DNA of 64,000 bases from Octopus bimaculoides (lineage: Eukaryota): the NCBI RefSeq assembly GCF_001194135.2, contig NC_068985.1, positions 32,983,850 through 33,047,849 of the forward strand, written 5' to 3'. Positions within the stretch are counted from its first letter, which is position 1; every line of letters begins with the position of its first letter. The position numbers and the translations under genes are program-made. Positions 42,390 through 55,746 of this stretch are shown in pieces. The notes beneath the pieces are model-generated. The model saw only the letters and a list, made by a program, of their open reading frames with translations, searched no databases and was not told the origin of the DNA.

Positions 42390-42595
42390 ACTCCTGATCA
42401 GTCCAGATTCAGTAGACCTATGATCAGAGGCATTCCAGTTATGATTATCCTATCTTTTTGTGTATCTTTGACTATATTTCCCACAATATTTCTCCATTTT
42501 TAAGACAGTAGAATAAGATTTGAGGTATCTGGTTACTATTTCTTGCAAATCAAGCAGCTATGTACAAACTCCCTCACTGGCTCACAAAGTGAGTT
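42390..42595 (+). repeat. Dispersed repeat family D; diverged copies at about 6240, 8310 (-), 10150, 23705, 35340 (-), 42130, 47830, 50430 (-) and 62450
   Basis: Recurrent motifs agacctatgatcagaggcattccag...ccatcttttt and tttgaggtatctggttactatttct, or their reverse complement ctagaaatagcagtcaaatt..cctcaaatcac. The class is unknown. Confidence 0.6.
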
Positions 42596-42756
42596 GTGTG
42601 ATTTTTGTTATTGTCCATTCTGTGCCTGCTTGTCTGGGCTGTTGCATAGTGGATAGCTATAAGTAAACCTCACCAGTGTTTTTTTTAAATTTCTTTTATT
42701 AGCTGCCAACACAACCTGACAAGTTCAGTTTGGTTATCAATAATTTATATGAAACC

Positions 42757-42807
<51 letters not shown>

Positions 42808-43288
42808 NNNNNNNNNNNNNNNNNNNNNNNNNNNNNNNNNNNNNNNNNNNNNNNNNNNNNNNNNNNNNNNNNNNNNNNNNNNNNNNNNNNNNNNNNNNNN
42901 NNNNNNNNNNNNNNNNNNNNNNNNNNNNNNNNNNNNNNNNNNNNNNNNNNNNNNNNNNNNNNNNNNNNNNNNNNNNNNNNNNNNNNNNNNNNNNNNNNNN
43001 NNNNNNNNNNNNNNNNNNNNNNNNNNNNNNNNNNNNNNNNNNNNNNNNNNNNNNNNNNNNNNNNNNNNNNNNNNNNNNNNNNNNNNNNNNNNNNNNNNNN
43101 NNNNNNNNNNNNNNNNNNNNNNNNNNNNNNNNNNNNNNNNNNNNNNNNNNNNNNNNNNNNNNNNNNNNNNNNNNNNNNNNNNNNNNNNNNNNNNNNNNNN
43201 NNNNNNNNNNNNNNNNNNNNNNNNNNNNNNNNNNNNNNNNNNNNNNNNNNNNNNNNNNNNNNNNNNNNNNNNNNNNNNNNNNNNNNNN

Positions 43289-43509
43289 ATTTCGAGCGTG
43301 GCCGTTTTCGTGCGGGTGACACGTAAAAGCACCCACTACACTCTCTGAGTGGTTGGCGTTAGGAAGGGCATCCAGCTGTAGAAACTCTGCCAAATTAGAT
43401 TGGAGCCTGGTGTTGCCATCCGGTTTCACCAGTCCTCAGTCAAATCGTCCAACCCATGCTAGCATGGAAAGCGGACATTAAACGATGATGATGATGATGA
43501 TGATGATGA
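43289..43509 (+). mobile_element. RTE LINE 3' end with (GAT)n tail, adjoining a gap
   Basis: About 205 bp matches 56588-56800 with 3 substitutions by manual comparison. Confidence 0.9.
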
Positions 43510-43514
43510 AGGGC

Positions 43515-43655
43515 TCCTTTCATCTACCAAATCCACTCACAAGGCTTTAGTTGGCTCAAGGCTATAGTAAAAGACACTTGCCCAAGGTGCCACGCAGTGG
43601 GACTGAACCCAGTACCATGAGGTTAGGAAGCAAGCTTCTTACCACACAGCCACTC
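43515..43655 (-). mobile_element. SINE family A head, abutting an RTE tail
   Basis: ctaccaaatccactcacaaggcttt...gcaagcttcttaccacacagcc. Confidence 0.8.
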
Positions 43656-43660
43656 CTGCA

Positions 43661-43701
<41 letters not shown>

Positions 43702-44514
43702 TAGACACACATATCTACATACATAAGACAAATTAGCACAGTTATTGGTGTATCAGATAAAACGCTTTGTATTTGTTCTAGCTCTCTCTACCCTCACTTT
43801 ATATCCCACTGAGGTTAACCTTGCTTTCACCCTTTTGAAGTCAAAAAATAAAAAATGACTAGCCTAGGTCAGTGGATAAACAAAATTTGGATTTTGTTAA
43901 TTGTAAATTACAAAAGTATCAGATGCAGATTTGTGGAGTCGTAGCAGTTGGAAGCTATTATTAGGACACTGGATTCATTCAGTAAAAATGTACTGACTCT
44001 GAATCGATGTTAATTGTAATATAACATGTTAAAATTTCAAACACTGCTTTAATCTTGGAATTGAAGTTATTTAATAGACTTGCTTTCATTTAAAATGATC
44101 ATTTAAGTTGCTTTAGGTATTAGAGATTTTATTTTTAACTTGAATGAACTTTAGACTTTAGAGCTTGTAAACAAAGATGTTCCTGGTTTTCCACTTGATA
44201 AGATCAGCTTCTGTTTTAATTTTGTGAGTTTTGTCTCATATTTCATTGTTTATTACTTCTTTTATAAATAATATAAAAAGCCAAAAGCTATAACCTTTAA
44301 ACTCAAACTTAGGGTACTAAAAAGTAATTCGATGATTCATGTTGACCATGTATGTTTGCATTAATTTAATAAAAGAAGTATATCATTTTGTTTTTATGTT
44401 TGCTTTTTCCATGCAGGTATGGGTTAGATGAGATTTATTAACCCTTTAGCATTTAAACCAGCCATATCCAACCCAAATGACAGAGTAATCTGAATGCCAA
44501 AAGGTGTTAAGGAT

Positions 44515-44825
44515 GTCATCATCATCATCATCGCCATTTAACGTCCTCTTTCTATGCTGGCATGGGTTGGACAGTTTGACTGAGAACTGGCAAGTTGGGA
44601 GGTTGCACCAGGCTCCAATTTGATTTGGCAAGGATTCTACAGCTGGATGCCCTTCCTAATGCCAACCACTCTGAGAGTGTAGTGAGTGCTTTTACATACC
44701 ACCAGCAGAAGAGCCAGTCAGGTGGCACTGGCATTGGTCATGCTCGAATGGTGCTTTTTATGTGCCACCAGACCAGCACAGGTGCCAGTCAGGTGGCACT
44801 GGCATCGGTCATGCTCGAATGATGC
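44515..44825 (-). mobile_element. Older RTE-family 3' UTR copy with two internal tandem units
   Basis: Starts with (ATC)n and then the reverse complement of the RTE 3' UTR (catgctggcatgggttggac...agctggatgcccttcctaatgccaaccact). Two units of about 64-71 bp occupy 44687-44821. Confidence 0.8.
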
Positions 44826-46524
44826 TATTCTGGACACCAACCCCTTGCTTGTTATCAAGTAAGGTATTTTACTTCACTTCTTAACTCATCAAACTGCTGA
44901 GCTTTTTGTTTATGTGACATAAACAACATAACCACTGTCTAGGCAGAGTCTATACAAAACATGTAAAGGCAAACAGTCTTGATACAGAATGTAGAGACTT
45001 GTGTATATTCACATGAAACTAACTTCTATACTCTTCTCATTTACCAAATTTCACTCATAAGGCATTAATCAACCCAGTGCTATAGCAAGTGTTATACAGT
45101 AGAAATTAACCCACATGGTCAGAAAGTGAATTTCTTAACCACAGTCATGCCTGTACCTTCAAAAATATATATTAAAGACTTTCTGTATTCCCGAGCGTCA
45201 AACTAATACATCCTTTTGTTGTTTACACCACCTGCCCTCGTCTGTTGTTGTTGTTTTTTTTCGTACATTCTCCCACATATTAATAGTCTAATTACAGTTA
45301 AAGGAGTCAGAGTTTGTAGTGCCGTAACTTGTTGCATTAGTCATAGATTTTGCACACCAACTCCATAGTTCTGGTCAGACGTGATGCTTTGTATCTATTC
45401 TAGGTTTTATATTCTAATAGCAGTTTCTGTGATGACACTGACACCAAGCTGTATCAACCTTGTTTCTTGTTTGGACAATACTGGTAGTACGAGGAGAGGA
45501 GACTTTCTGCCTAGGTAACTGCTGGTCTTACATAAACTTAGCCCAGGCAGGCAGTTTGGAAAGAAACTTTTCAGGTTGCAAGTATATGATCAACCCTAAC
45601 TGGTAGAGGCTTTCATGTCTGTGTAAGAAAGATACATTGAAGTAGGTTGTCTGTCATGTACAAAAGATGTATTGGCATAGCTGGAAGGTTTTCATGTATT
45701 TTACCTGTTATCCCCTAGCTCCCATACAAAAATATGCATTAAATAAATTCCATGTACCAAAGCTCACATCCCTACCAAAATGCTATATATAACATAACAC
45801 ACAAATAAATACTTCTATACATTCTAGAATATAAATTACTTCTGGAAATAATCTAAAAGTGATAGAAGCTACGTGGCTAATAGAATTTTCAAAAAAAAAA
45901 AAAACACTTTTAAACAAATTAGATTTCATCAAATAGATTTAAGACTCCAGGGAAGAGCTTGATACAATGCCTAGTACTTAGATTTAATATAAATCTCTGT
46001 AAGAGATAAAATAAGGAATTAAAATGCAAGATAGAGTTGTGATATTGGTACTATCAATGGGTTGTCTGTTTTCTGTCAATGTCTGAAAGTGAACTTTAAA
46101 TTAACTTCGTGATTTGTAGCTAACAAACATCTTAATGGATTAGTGATTTAGGTTTGCTGTTAAATTAGTTACTAATTAAATTTTCGTTCCTTGCTTGTTA
46201 TTCTTGCATCTATTGAATTATTCTTAGACAGTGACAACTTCATTTGTCAAAGGATTCTTTGATTTGAAATATTACCTGGGAGTTGATATAAAAAGCAGTG
46301 TAAAGTCAACAAGGATATTCAAGCTAATTTGAATCAACTACGTTCTCATATAATTCTTTCTTTGACATTTTATTTTCTTTCTGTCGTGATTTTTTGTGGT
46401 CTTCTTTCTCAATCCAAACATTTTTTGTTATTAATGATGAACTGCCAGTACGTTAATATTAAACAATTATTATTGTCAACGATGAATGACTAGTATTGTG
46501 GTAGTAATATTGATATCAAATTTT

Positions 46525-46735
46525 AGCACAAGGCCAGCAATTTTGGGGAAGGGGTAAGTTGCTTATATTGAAACCCACCCACTCCAGTACTCAACAGGTA
46601 CTTATTTTATTGACCACAAAAGGATGAAAGGTAAAGTCAACCTTGGCAGAATTTGAACTCTGAGCATAAAGACGGGCAAAATGCCACGAAGTATTTTGCC
46701 CAGCATGCTAATGATTCTGTCAACTCACTGCCTTT
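46525..46735 (-). mobile_element. Second SINE family (C); related copies at about 21785-21950 (+) and 35850-36050 (+)
   Basis: Shared core ttctgagttcaaattcc.cc.aggtc.actttgcctttcatcc, with a B-box-like GAGTTCAAATTCC. Confidence 0.7.
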
Positions 46736-48482
46736 TTGTGGTGGTAGTATTAGATATCAACTAGTAGACAGTTCAATTGTCTATGGATTTTAATTCTTAC
46801 TTAAACATCTATCTTATTTCCTTGAAACTTGGTCACCAAAAATGATGCAAAATGCCCTTGTTTCTGCTACTGTATCTTCTTTAGGTTGCTAAAGATTTTT
46901 TTTTATTCCATATGTCAAACACTTCTTAGACTACAACTCTTACAAGACTTCCTGGACAGGTAAAATTGATATGGTTAATGATGAATTTAAACATCTGTAG
47001 ATCAATGTCTGTAAAAACATAGGAAAGAGGGGTTGCAGTTCTTGTTGAGCAGGAAGCATTTAATGAAGATGAGATAGTTAGGTAATGAATATAGAAAGTA
47101 GAAATTATTGTGATCGGATGCCTGTATAGAGTGGTTTTGTGGCTAATACAAAGTGATACATCTAGCTTTGAACAAAAGCTATAATAGTCTTATACAACAG
47201 GTTTGTATTTTCACAAAAGAAGTATGTAATGACATTTTTAATTATTTTTAATTCAAGATTATTTTTTATTGAGGTAAGGTAAGCACTGTAGTGAATAAGA
47301 TATATTGAGAGGAACAAGCTAGATTCTTGGATTCCAACAGAAAAGAAGCCATCTTTACCAAATCTTTACATAAATGATAATCTTGGAAAAACATAAAAAT
47401 AGTAATATTAAATTTTGATTTCCAAAAATCTTTAATATTTTTGTTCAAGATTAAGGAAAATTCTAGATTGTTACAGCATGCCCCCTCTACTGAGAAAACA
47501 ATTAGCAACATTATCCTAGAAAATGCACTGTTTTCAGCAAATAAATAGATCTCTGTAGAAAAAAGATTGAAATAAGAATTCTTTTCATTTTTGGGGGTTA
47601 TTGATTTTCTTCTGAAAAATAGCTCAAAAGAGAATGCTGAAATAAAATGTACAAATCACTGGAAAATCAAGTACCAAAATTTTGCTGGTGATCTAACAAC
47701 AAATTCAAAATATTCAGGAAATTTTAAAATATGTATGAAAATCAAACTAACTTGACACAAAAAAAATGACTACAAGTATTGTAAGACAGCTATATGAAGG
47801 AAGACGGCCAATTCAATTTTCTTAAAAGCCCAAGCCAGCTATAATCAAGCAGACCAATCATCAAAGGCATTCCTGTCTAACCATTCCATCTTTTCGGATG
47901 CAATTTCTCTCAGACTACAATATCTAATATGTTTTTTAAATTAGTAGAAAGTTGTACTAGTAGTTTGCAAAGTATAGAGAGAGGAGTAAGACTGAGAATA
48001 ATCAGAGTAGTACCTTTTAAAGGTATTGAGAAAACGGTCATTAAGAATACAACATATAAATGGAACTATATCTTTAACTCAATGTCCTGAATAAGACAAA
48101 GAGTTACCAAGAAAACGAATAAACTCATCTGAAAACAAGTGGTTCTCCACTGTACCATTCATCACTAGGAAAATGTGATGGAAACAAGTTTTGAGAGAGG
48201 ACAAGGAAAGGGTAGTGAAGTCACATTTAGCAAAAGGGAAAATTCTGAAGAGACCCTGCTTTCTGAGAGCAAAAGAATAAGGCAATTCAGTTGAAGAATG
48301 AGCTGAACTTACTGCATGGTGGAGTACAGTGCTGAGCACTGTGTGTTATCTGGAAGGATGTAAGTTTTAAGAAGTAAGTTTTGACAATATGGTTACTGTG
48401 AAATGGCTTCAATAAAATACCTAAATGTCTTCTTACTCATTATATAGTAAAATAATTAGCCTTAGGCATTATTAGTTCATCC

Positions 48483-49496
48483 GGATCTGTTCAATTTGGC
48501 TCACAGATTTTTTAATTAGTTTTTTTTAACTGAACAGTTTGAAACTTCATATACTTCTCAGGCAGACACAGTTTACTTTGAACATTTTTGACAAAATTTG
48601 GTATTTTAGAAGTTATTTCATGTTAAAGCTGTCGTATTTGGGTTATTTCAACCAATCAACGATGTGTATTCAGTTGAAGAAAGCTACTGCTGTTTGCAAT
48701 AGTAATCAAAGAGGAACAACTTCTGGGTCATCTCTACCAAATGTCACCACTCTTTCTAAACATCAAAGAATCAACATCAAGAAGAAAGAAATATTATTTA
48801 CATGTATTTATTTGTTTGCCCGACATCAGTGTTTTATCCACACATAAAGCTTACCGGTGTTTAAAAGACCTATAGAGCAATGAGTCCACAGCTAGCTTTT
48901 TTATTGTTGACATATATGTAGCTTCAAATTGCCTTATTTTACAACTATGAGATATTATTGTCATGACAATAATATAATCAACAACAAACACATTACATCA
49001 ATATAAAAGTTTCTATTAGATTATCAAAACATGAAGGTAAAACAAAACAAATAGTGGCTTATACACCAGAAAATATGATAATTGTAGTGGCAGTGATAAG
49101 TTCACTCGCTGGTTGCTGGTTTATAGTGTAGAAGGGAGGAAAAGAGTAAGGAATGCATGGTGCTGACTAGAAAGGATAAAGGTGACATCGTCTTCACTTG
49201 CCATACGAATAGAACAGAGTGGTGACATTTAGTAGAGATGACCCAGAAGTTGTTCCTCTTTGATTACTATTGCAAACAGCAGTAGCTTTCTTCAACTGAA
49301 TACGCATTGTTGATTGATTAAAATTACCCAAATACGACAACTTTAACATGAAGTAACTTCTAAAATACCAAATTTTGTCAAAAATGTTCAAAGTAAACTG
49401 TGTTCTGCCTGAGACATTCCATCAGTATACAAAGTTTCAGGCTGTTTAGTTAAAAAGAATTAATTAAAAAATTTGTGAACCAAACTGAACAGATCT
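48483..49496. mobile_element. Non-autonomous DNA transposon with TIRs of about 270-280 bp and an 8-bp TSD (Merlin/hAT/P-type TSD length)
   Basis: 48483-48753 is the reverse complement of 49216-49496 (about 90% identical, one indel of about 10 bp). GTTCATCC flanks both ends (48475-48482 and 49497-49504). The interior of about 460 bp is non-coding. Confidence 0.85.
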
Positions 49497-51984
49497 GTTC
49501 ATCCTTACCTAGATCAATCTGTACGGTTGAAAGTGATCCATGGGCTTAAGCTCCCTGGTCATGCCTGATTAAGAAAACCATAGACCAGGGAGGGTGGTCA
49601 CAATGAGTTTGAGAAAAAAATATATCTTTTGCAATTTTTTTGTTTTTAACCTTGAGAATAATGTTCACTATCTTACAAAAACTATATCAACTTAGCAAAT
49701 GACCTCTAAATGCATTAAAAGTATTATAACATATTCAGAACACTATTTCAGAATATTATCTCCATTCTCTTTGAGCATAAAAGATAAATTTGGCTGGAGA
49801 AAAATGAATACAACAAAATATATTAGTATACATCCTCAGACATCAGAAAGATTAGAAATGCTGCAGAAATTTTAAAATAGCACATGATATGAAATTAACA
49901 AAACTCTACTAAATCTAAAAACTCAATATATAATATTCTCTATAGATTCTTCACAATCCACTGGAATGGCTCTTTTCCTGATATATTTACGCATCATGCA
50001 GTTAAAGTGAAAAAAATCATTACTCATCCCAACTTTAGACATCATTTTTTGAAAATTGAAAATGATCAAATTAGACATTAATTTGAGAAAAATTGACTTG
50101 GAACCCAAAAAAAGAATTTTGATTGTTAAACATGAAGTGTGTACCTGTCTCCTCACTGTTTCAAACTCTCTTGGCTTCAACAACTATGCTGACCAATTTA
50201 TGTAGCCAACGATTATGCAACACTACAAAATGATGATGCAATACTTGCATTGTAATGGTTTCAAACAGCTAGGGAGAAAATGAGAAATCAAAAATTACTT
50301 GGTTTTCCCTGGTTGCTTCTACTTACTGTGTTTGGTAAATTTCCTTACTTTCACATTCAGAGCACTGGATAGAAATAACATGTCATAGTTTGGATAGTGC
50401 CATGATATTCTGTTTAATTAGAGAGTTCAACTTTCTAGAAATAGCAGTCAAATTTTCCCTCAAATCACACCCTACTATCTTAAAAAGTAGGAATGTTTTG
50501 GATACACAATGTCTGAATAAAGACAAGACAGTTATGGCTAGCATACCACTGACTATAGACCTACTTATTCAGGGTTGCCCTGAAACTAAATAGTAAGTAG
50601 GTTACAGATTTCTAGAATACAAATATATATGAAAAATGAAACTGAAGATTTGTAACAGACAGCACCTGTAGTTGTAACAAAGACGGCAATAACAGTTTGT
50701 AACTGCTGACCTTCACACAATATACAAATTGCAGCAACACCGATAGATGTAGTAGAAGCAGCAGTAGTAGTCAAATAGGACTATCCTAGTTCCATTATAG
50801 TAAATGTTTTACAATTAACATTTTCTGTTAATAATGTCAATGGATTTCTGTACTTGAAATTTAATGACATTTTTTTTTTCTTTTTTTTTTTTACTGCTGG
50901 TTGTTGAAGAATTGATAACAGTGGACTATAATACTTTCTTGATCTTCTATGCAGTGTATACTTTTTGTTCTTGCCATTATTTTAGTATTGGAAATTAAAA
51001 GATCAAGTGTCATCTGCTTGACCTCATTTCAATGTATCAGTTGTATTCAAAGGTTTGAAGAAAAACAAAAGTAACAAAAAATATGAAGACAAATCTGATT
51101 CATAATTACTTGTGCATGTTGCATACATTTTATAAGGCTGGATCATGAGGTGCATTCCTTTTCATTGTATTTCTCTTCTATTTATTTATTTATTTATTTA
51201 TTTATTATTAGCTGGAGTTGTAAATCCATTTTCAGTACCAAGGAGATTGAACAGCCAAATTGAATGATATTAAAGTCTACTTTTAGCAAAGTCATGCGCT
51301 GATTTCAAAATTGTTCAAGCATAAACACTCTAAAAATATTCCATACAAAGAGGAAAGTGCTAAGTATCAGAAATAGTACATTTTTAATGGTGATGGTAGA
51401 AAAATCACATAGATCTTAAAAGGTTCCTATTGCCAAATACATATTACCACTTTACTCTTGATGAAGTTAGCATCTGAAATACTCTTGGTATTCACATGCT
51501 AACAGTCATCACCATGGGTTTTTTATTTATTTTTTGTCGAAATACTTTCATTATTGCTTTATATATTAAATATTGTTTGCTTATTAAACTTTCAATTTAG
51601 CTTGAATAATATGGCTGTCCTATTCTTTCACTTAGATACGCCATGCTTATTACCAATTATCATATAATGTAAAAAAGTAATGATTTCTATCAAAACATAA
51701 ATTAATATAACTTACACTTGGTGCCAAAATAGCATTGCTATTTCAGATACAAATATTCATTATTAGACAAGTCTGTCTGCTATATTTATCTTGATCATAT
51801 ACCTTCAATTTGAGATATATCAAAAACCAACATTTGTGTACTTACATGTGCTTGTGCAAGCCAGTGTTTCAATAATTTTCTGTTCAATCAATTTTAAATG
51901 GCAACATTATTATTCTTGACTTTCAGATTATGACATCTTACATTTCAACATGTCATGGTAGATTATCGTAATACTACTTCATTC

Positions 51985-52345
51985 TATCTTTTACATGTTT
52001 TAGTCATTAGAATGTTGCCATGCTGGGGTACTGCCTTGAAGAACTTTTAGTTGAATGAATCAACCCCAGTACATTTTGTTTAAAGCTGGTATTTATTCTA
52101 ACAGTCTCTGTTGTTGAACAGCTAAGTTATTGGGGACATAAACACACAAACACCAGTTGTCAAGCAGTAATGGAGAAACAAATACACACACACACACACA
52201 TATATATATACGACAGGCTTCTTTTAGTTTCCATATGCCACATCCTCTCAGAAGGTTCTTGTTGGCTCAAGGTGCCATGTAGTTTGACTGAACTCAGAAC
52301 CACGTGGTTGGGAAGCAAGCTTCTTACCACACAGCCTTGTCTGCA
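51985..52345 (-). mobile_element. SINE family A copy
   Basis: tagtcattagaatgttgccatgctgggg...gtggttgggaagcaagcttcttaccacacagcc. Confidence 0.8.
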
Positions 52346-53678
52346 CCCATTGTCTATTAAATTTTCTTTTCTTATTGTTAATCTGTGTAAGAAGATAGTT
52401 TGTAAATGTATAGAATTTATTTTTATCTTTTTCCTCTTAACAGACGATATCTTCTAAGGACATTACTTAAAATACATCTTATTTTGTGGCATATGTCTTT
52501 TTGAATACAGTTTTCTTTCAGAGTTGTTTGATGAAGTTTGGAAAGGTGTCTATTTACCCTCAGTGGGAGGGTGTTTAGGTTTTTAATTTCAATATGAAAA
52601 TATTGTTTTAATAATTTTTTTCCATTATTCAATGATTGTGACTAGTTTTGTCTTATCTAAAGTGTGTTGATATATTTAAATTTGACTTCGTAACCCGGAC
52701 ACATTGAATGTGGTTGGTGCCATAGAGGACACCAGATTATTAAAATTCTACTACATCTAACATTCTCTTTGCACCGAAATCTACAGTCTATTAAACATGC
52801 TTTCTGCAAGTTGTTTCCTTAAATTCAATAGGAAAAAATTGCATAATCTTTGCAACTGCAAAGTAATAAACTCATAGCAATGATGGTTATTAAAAAAGAA
52901 AAAAAAATACAAATGCTGCTTATTGTATGTATTTCATCATATCTATTCTGTTTATTTATCAATACTTTTTTTTTAAAATTGAATTTAAGCTATTAAATAT
53001 TTTAATAGCTTATAGATACGGTCTTGCCATAGGCTTTCTAGCCTGCAGAAATTTTATTAAATATTATAAATTTAGTCTTATTTTTTCAAATAAAAAGAAA
53101 ATTAAAATTATTTTGATGTTTATTTTCATTTAAATGATATTTCTCAATATGTGAAGTATGGTACTGCATAACTTGACATGTCACCACTCTTCTACCTAAA
53201 ATAGCTGATATAAGAAATTTTTATCTTCTCTGCATAGCTAATAGATATTGCTCTCTATGACATGTAATTAAAATGAATATACTTTCAATGGAACATGGCT
53301 GAAAAAGTTACTTTTTAAAAATAGAAATAACATATTTACAGAGGCTATTGATTGTTTTGTTCAGACAGCAGATTCCTGAGATATTAGATAATGTTATCTG
53401 GGAAAACTATAGGATATGAGAAATAATGGTGAAATCAACAATAAATTATGGGACCTTTTTTTTCTTTTTTTTAAAATCTGGTTCTCCCAAGCCCTCAATA
53501 TTTCTATGTGCCCCTTTCTTTGAAAAAATTTGGAATCTCTGGCTTTTATCAAACTTTTAAAGATTCTCACAGATTCTTTTCTACTTTTAAACTTATTATT
53601 TATCACTGACTGAACACTGCCATATACATACATAAATGCATGCATGTAGTGCACCTGAGCATTGTAACCAATAAGTTC

Positions 53679-53728
<50 letters not shown>

Positions 53729-54644
53729 AAAAGAAGGGATTAAAAATTCCTGCCATATATCAAGAATTTGGTTAACAATATTCAACAATTAGACACCAGT
53801 AAATATAAGTAGAATACAGATCTCACATAAATCCTCATGCATGACAGATAAATCCAAATATCCTTTGGTAGAATTTCGAGAAATTCAGAGTATTTGACAA
53901 CAAAAATATGTATTGTGAAAAATGACAACTTTATTATAGATCTCACCTTATAAAGCCAACAGTTATTTCTATTGCATACATATATATCATATCATTAAAA
54001 TTGATTTTGATATTTCTGAAAGAATATGTTAGCACAATGTTATCAAAGCGATACAAAATTATATATATAACCTTTATTTTAAGGGAGGAGATATTTTGAA
54101 AAATTTTAAATGAATTATTTAACAAATGGGCAAAATAAAATAGTGTTGATTATAATCAGTAATTCATTAATGAGTGTTTATTTGATAAATTGGGAATTAC
54201 TATGTTTATTAGTTTTGCAAAAGCATTAATATTATAAAGGAAGTCAAATCGCTGCAACCCATGTTTTCAAAATTGGTGGAAATAAAAATAAAATAAAATG
54301 CATGAGAGTTGTTGGCAAACATAGTGGCTTAATTCTTTGAGTGGCATTTTCTTTAGGAAGATGGTATATAGCATTGTCTGAATTCTTGGTATTGTAGACA
54401 GTAAACCAACAACAAACATTTCCTCATCAACTTTTCCATGCTTGCATGGGTCAGACAGAGTTTATTGAGGCAGATTTTCTATAGCCATATGCCCTTCTTG
54501 TCACCAACCCTCACCTGCTTCCAAGCAATGTGATGTTTCCCTATTACCAGACATGCCCTTGCACAATATTGGAAATGAATGCCACTGCTTGTATGAGAGT
54601 GACAGTCATTTTACGACTATCATGCAAAGTCAAGACAACGGAAC

Positions 54645-54670
54645 ACACACGCACGCACGCACGCACACAT

Positions 54671-54729
<59 letters not shown>
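54645..54729. repeat. (CA)n microsatellite; a similar tract lies at 36365-36447
   Basis: Directly visible. Confidence 0.95.
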
Positions 54730-54732
<3 letters not shown>

Positions 54733-55746
54733 TTCTCTAGTAGAAGAAAAAATGTTCATAAATCACACTTTGAAAAGGTTCGCTCGATCATTCATGCCTT
54801 TTTATTTTAATGCCCAGTCAGAAGTAGATTAGACTTTGTGTAACCATTGCAAGCTCTTGAATTTTAAGAGTGATACATGACTAGGGCCTCTCATAATTTT
54901 CATATCACCACTTTCCAGAAGAAGCAACAGATTAGATTTGGAAGCTTTAAATCCTGGTATTGATTTTTCTTCTTGAAGAATAAAAGTTCTAGCAGGCATG
55001 CACTTCTAGAAGAGTGCACTTTTATCAACATTGTATACTTGCTCTCATGTGTAACCCCCTTCAGCTCTTATTTACTTCCGTTGCTCAGGTAATTAGTAGC
55101 AGCTTCTATACCTGCACCAACAGCTTCACAGTTACTTTTTATGTTGTGCATGGTCAAGTGTTCCTTAAGCCTTTCAAATCAGCCTTTACTAGCCAGAAAA
55201 AGTTTTTCCTTCAAAACTTCATTTTCCTTTTCCCGCAAATTGTCATACAAGCATTTATGTTGAATCTGATTCTTGATCCATACACTCAAGAGCTGTTCCA
55301 TTTTAAACATCATATTTGATGAATGGAAGAATAAGGTCTGAAAAGTTAGAGCTAGTTTTTTCTATACTGCCATGTTGGTTGGGATTATTTTTTTCCTCTC
55401 ACATCACCCTTTTTAAAATATCAAGTTTAATACCCAATCTAATCTCTTTACAGTTTGTTGTTGCACTACTGCTTTTAGTTCCACTTAATGGCTTCTTTCC
55501 AGACATTTTGAACTGTAGGTAAATCCAACAGTAGTGATCAACAAATATCCACAAAATTATATGTAATAAAAAAAATAGTACAAGGAAAGAGCTGTTTTGT
55601 GTGAGCACAAAAATATTCCTATGGATGTGAGACTGGATGTCAGAAGCTGAAGGGGGAAAATGCTGTGACTTGTCTGTTCATAGATGTGGCGTGTGTGTGA
55701 GTGAGTGAGACAGACAGACATACTGAATTGTTGTTGGGTATTTCCA

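Noticed and set aside
44687-44821. CRISPR-like repeat/spacer array
   Set aside because: These are contiguous tandem units within a LINE 3' UTR in eukaryotic DNA, with no unique spacers and no cas genes.
50586-50774. 62-aa hydrophobic minus-strand ORF (MTTTAASTTS...)
   Set aside because: It has a TTG start, low complexity, and no splice or homology support.
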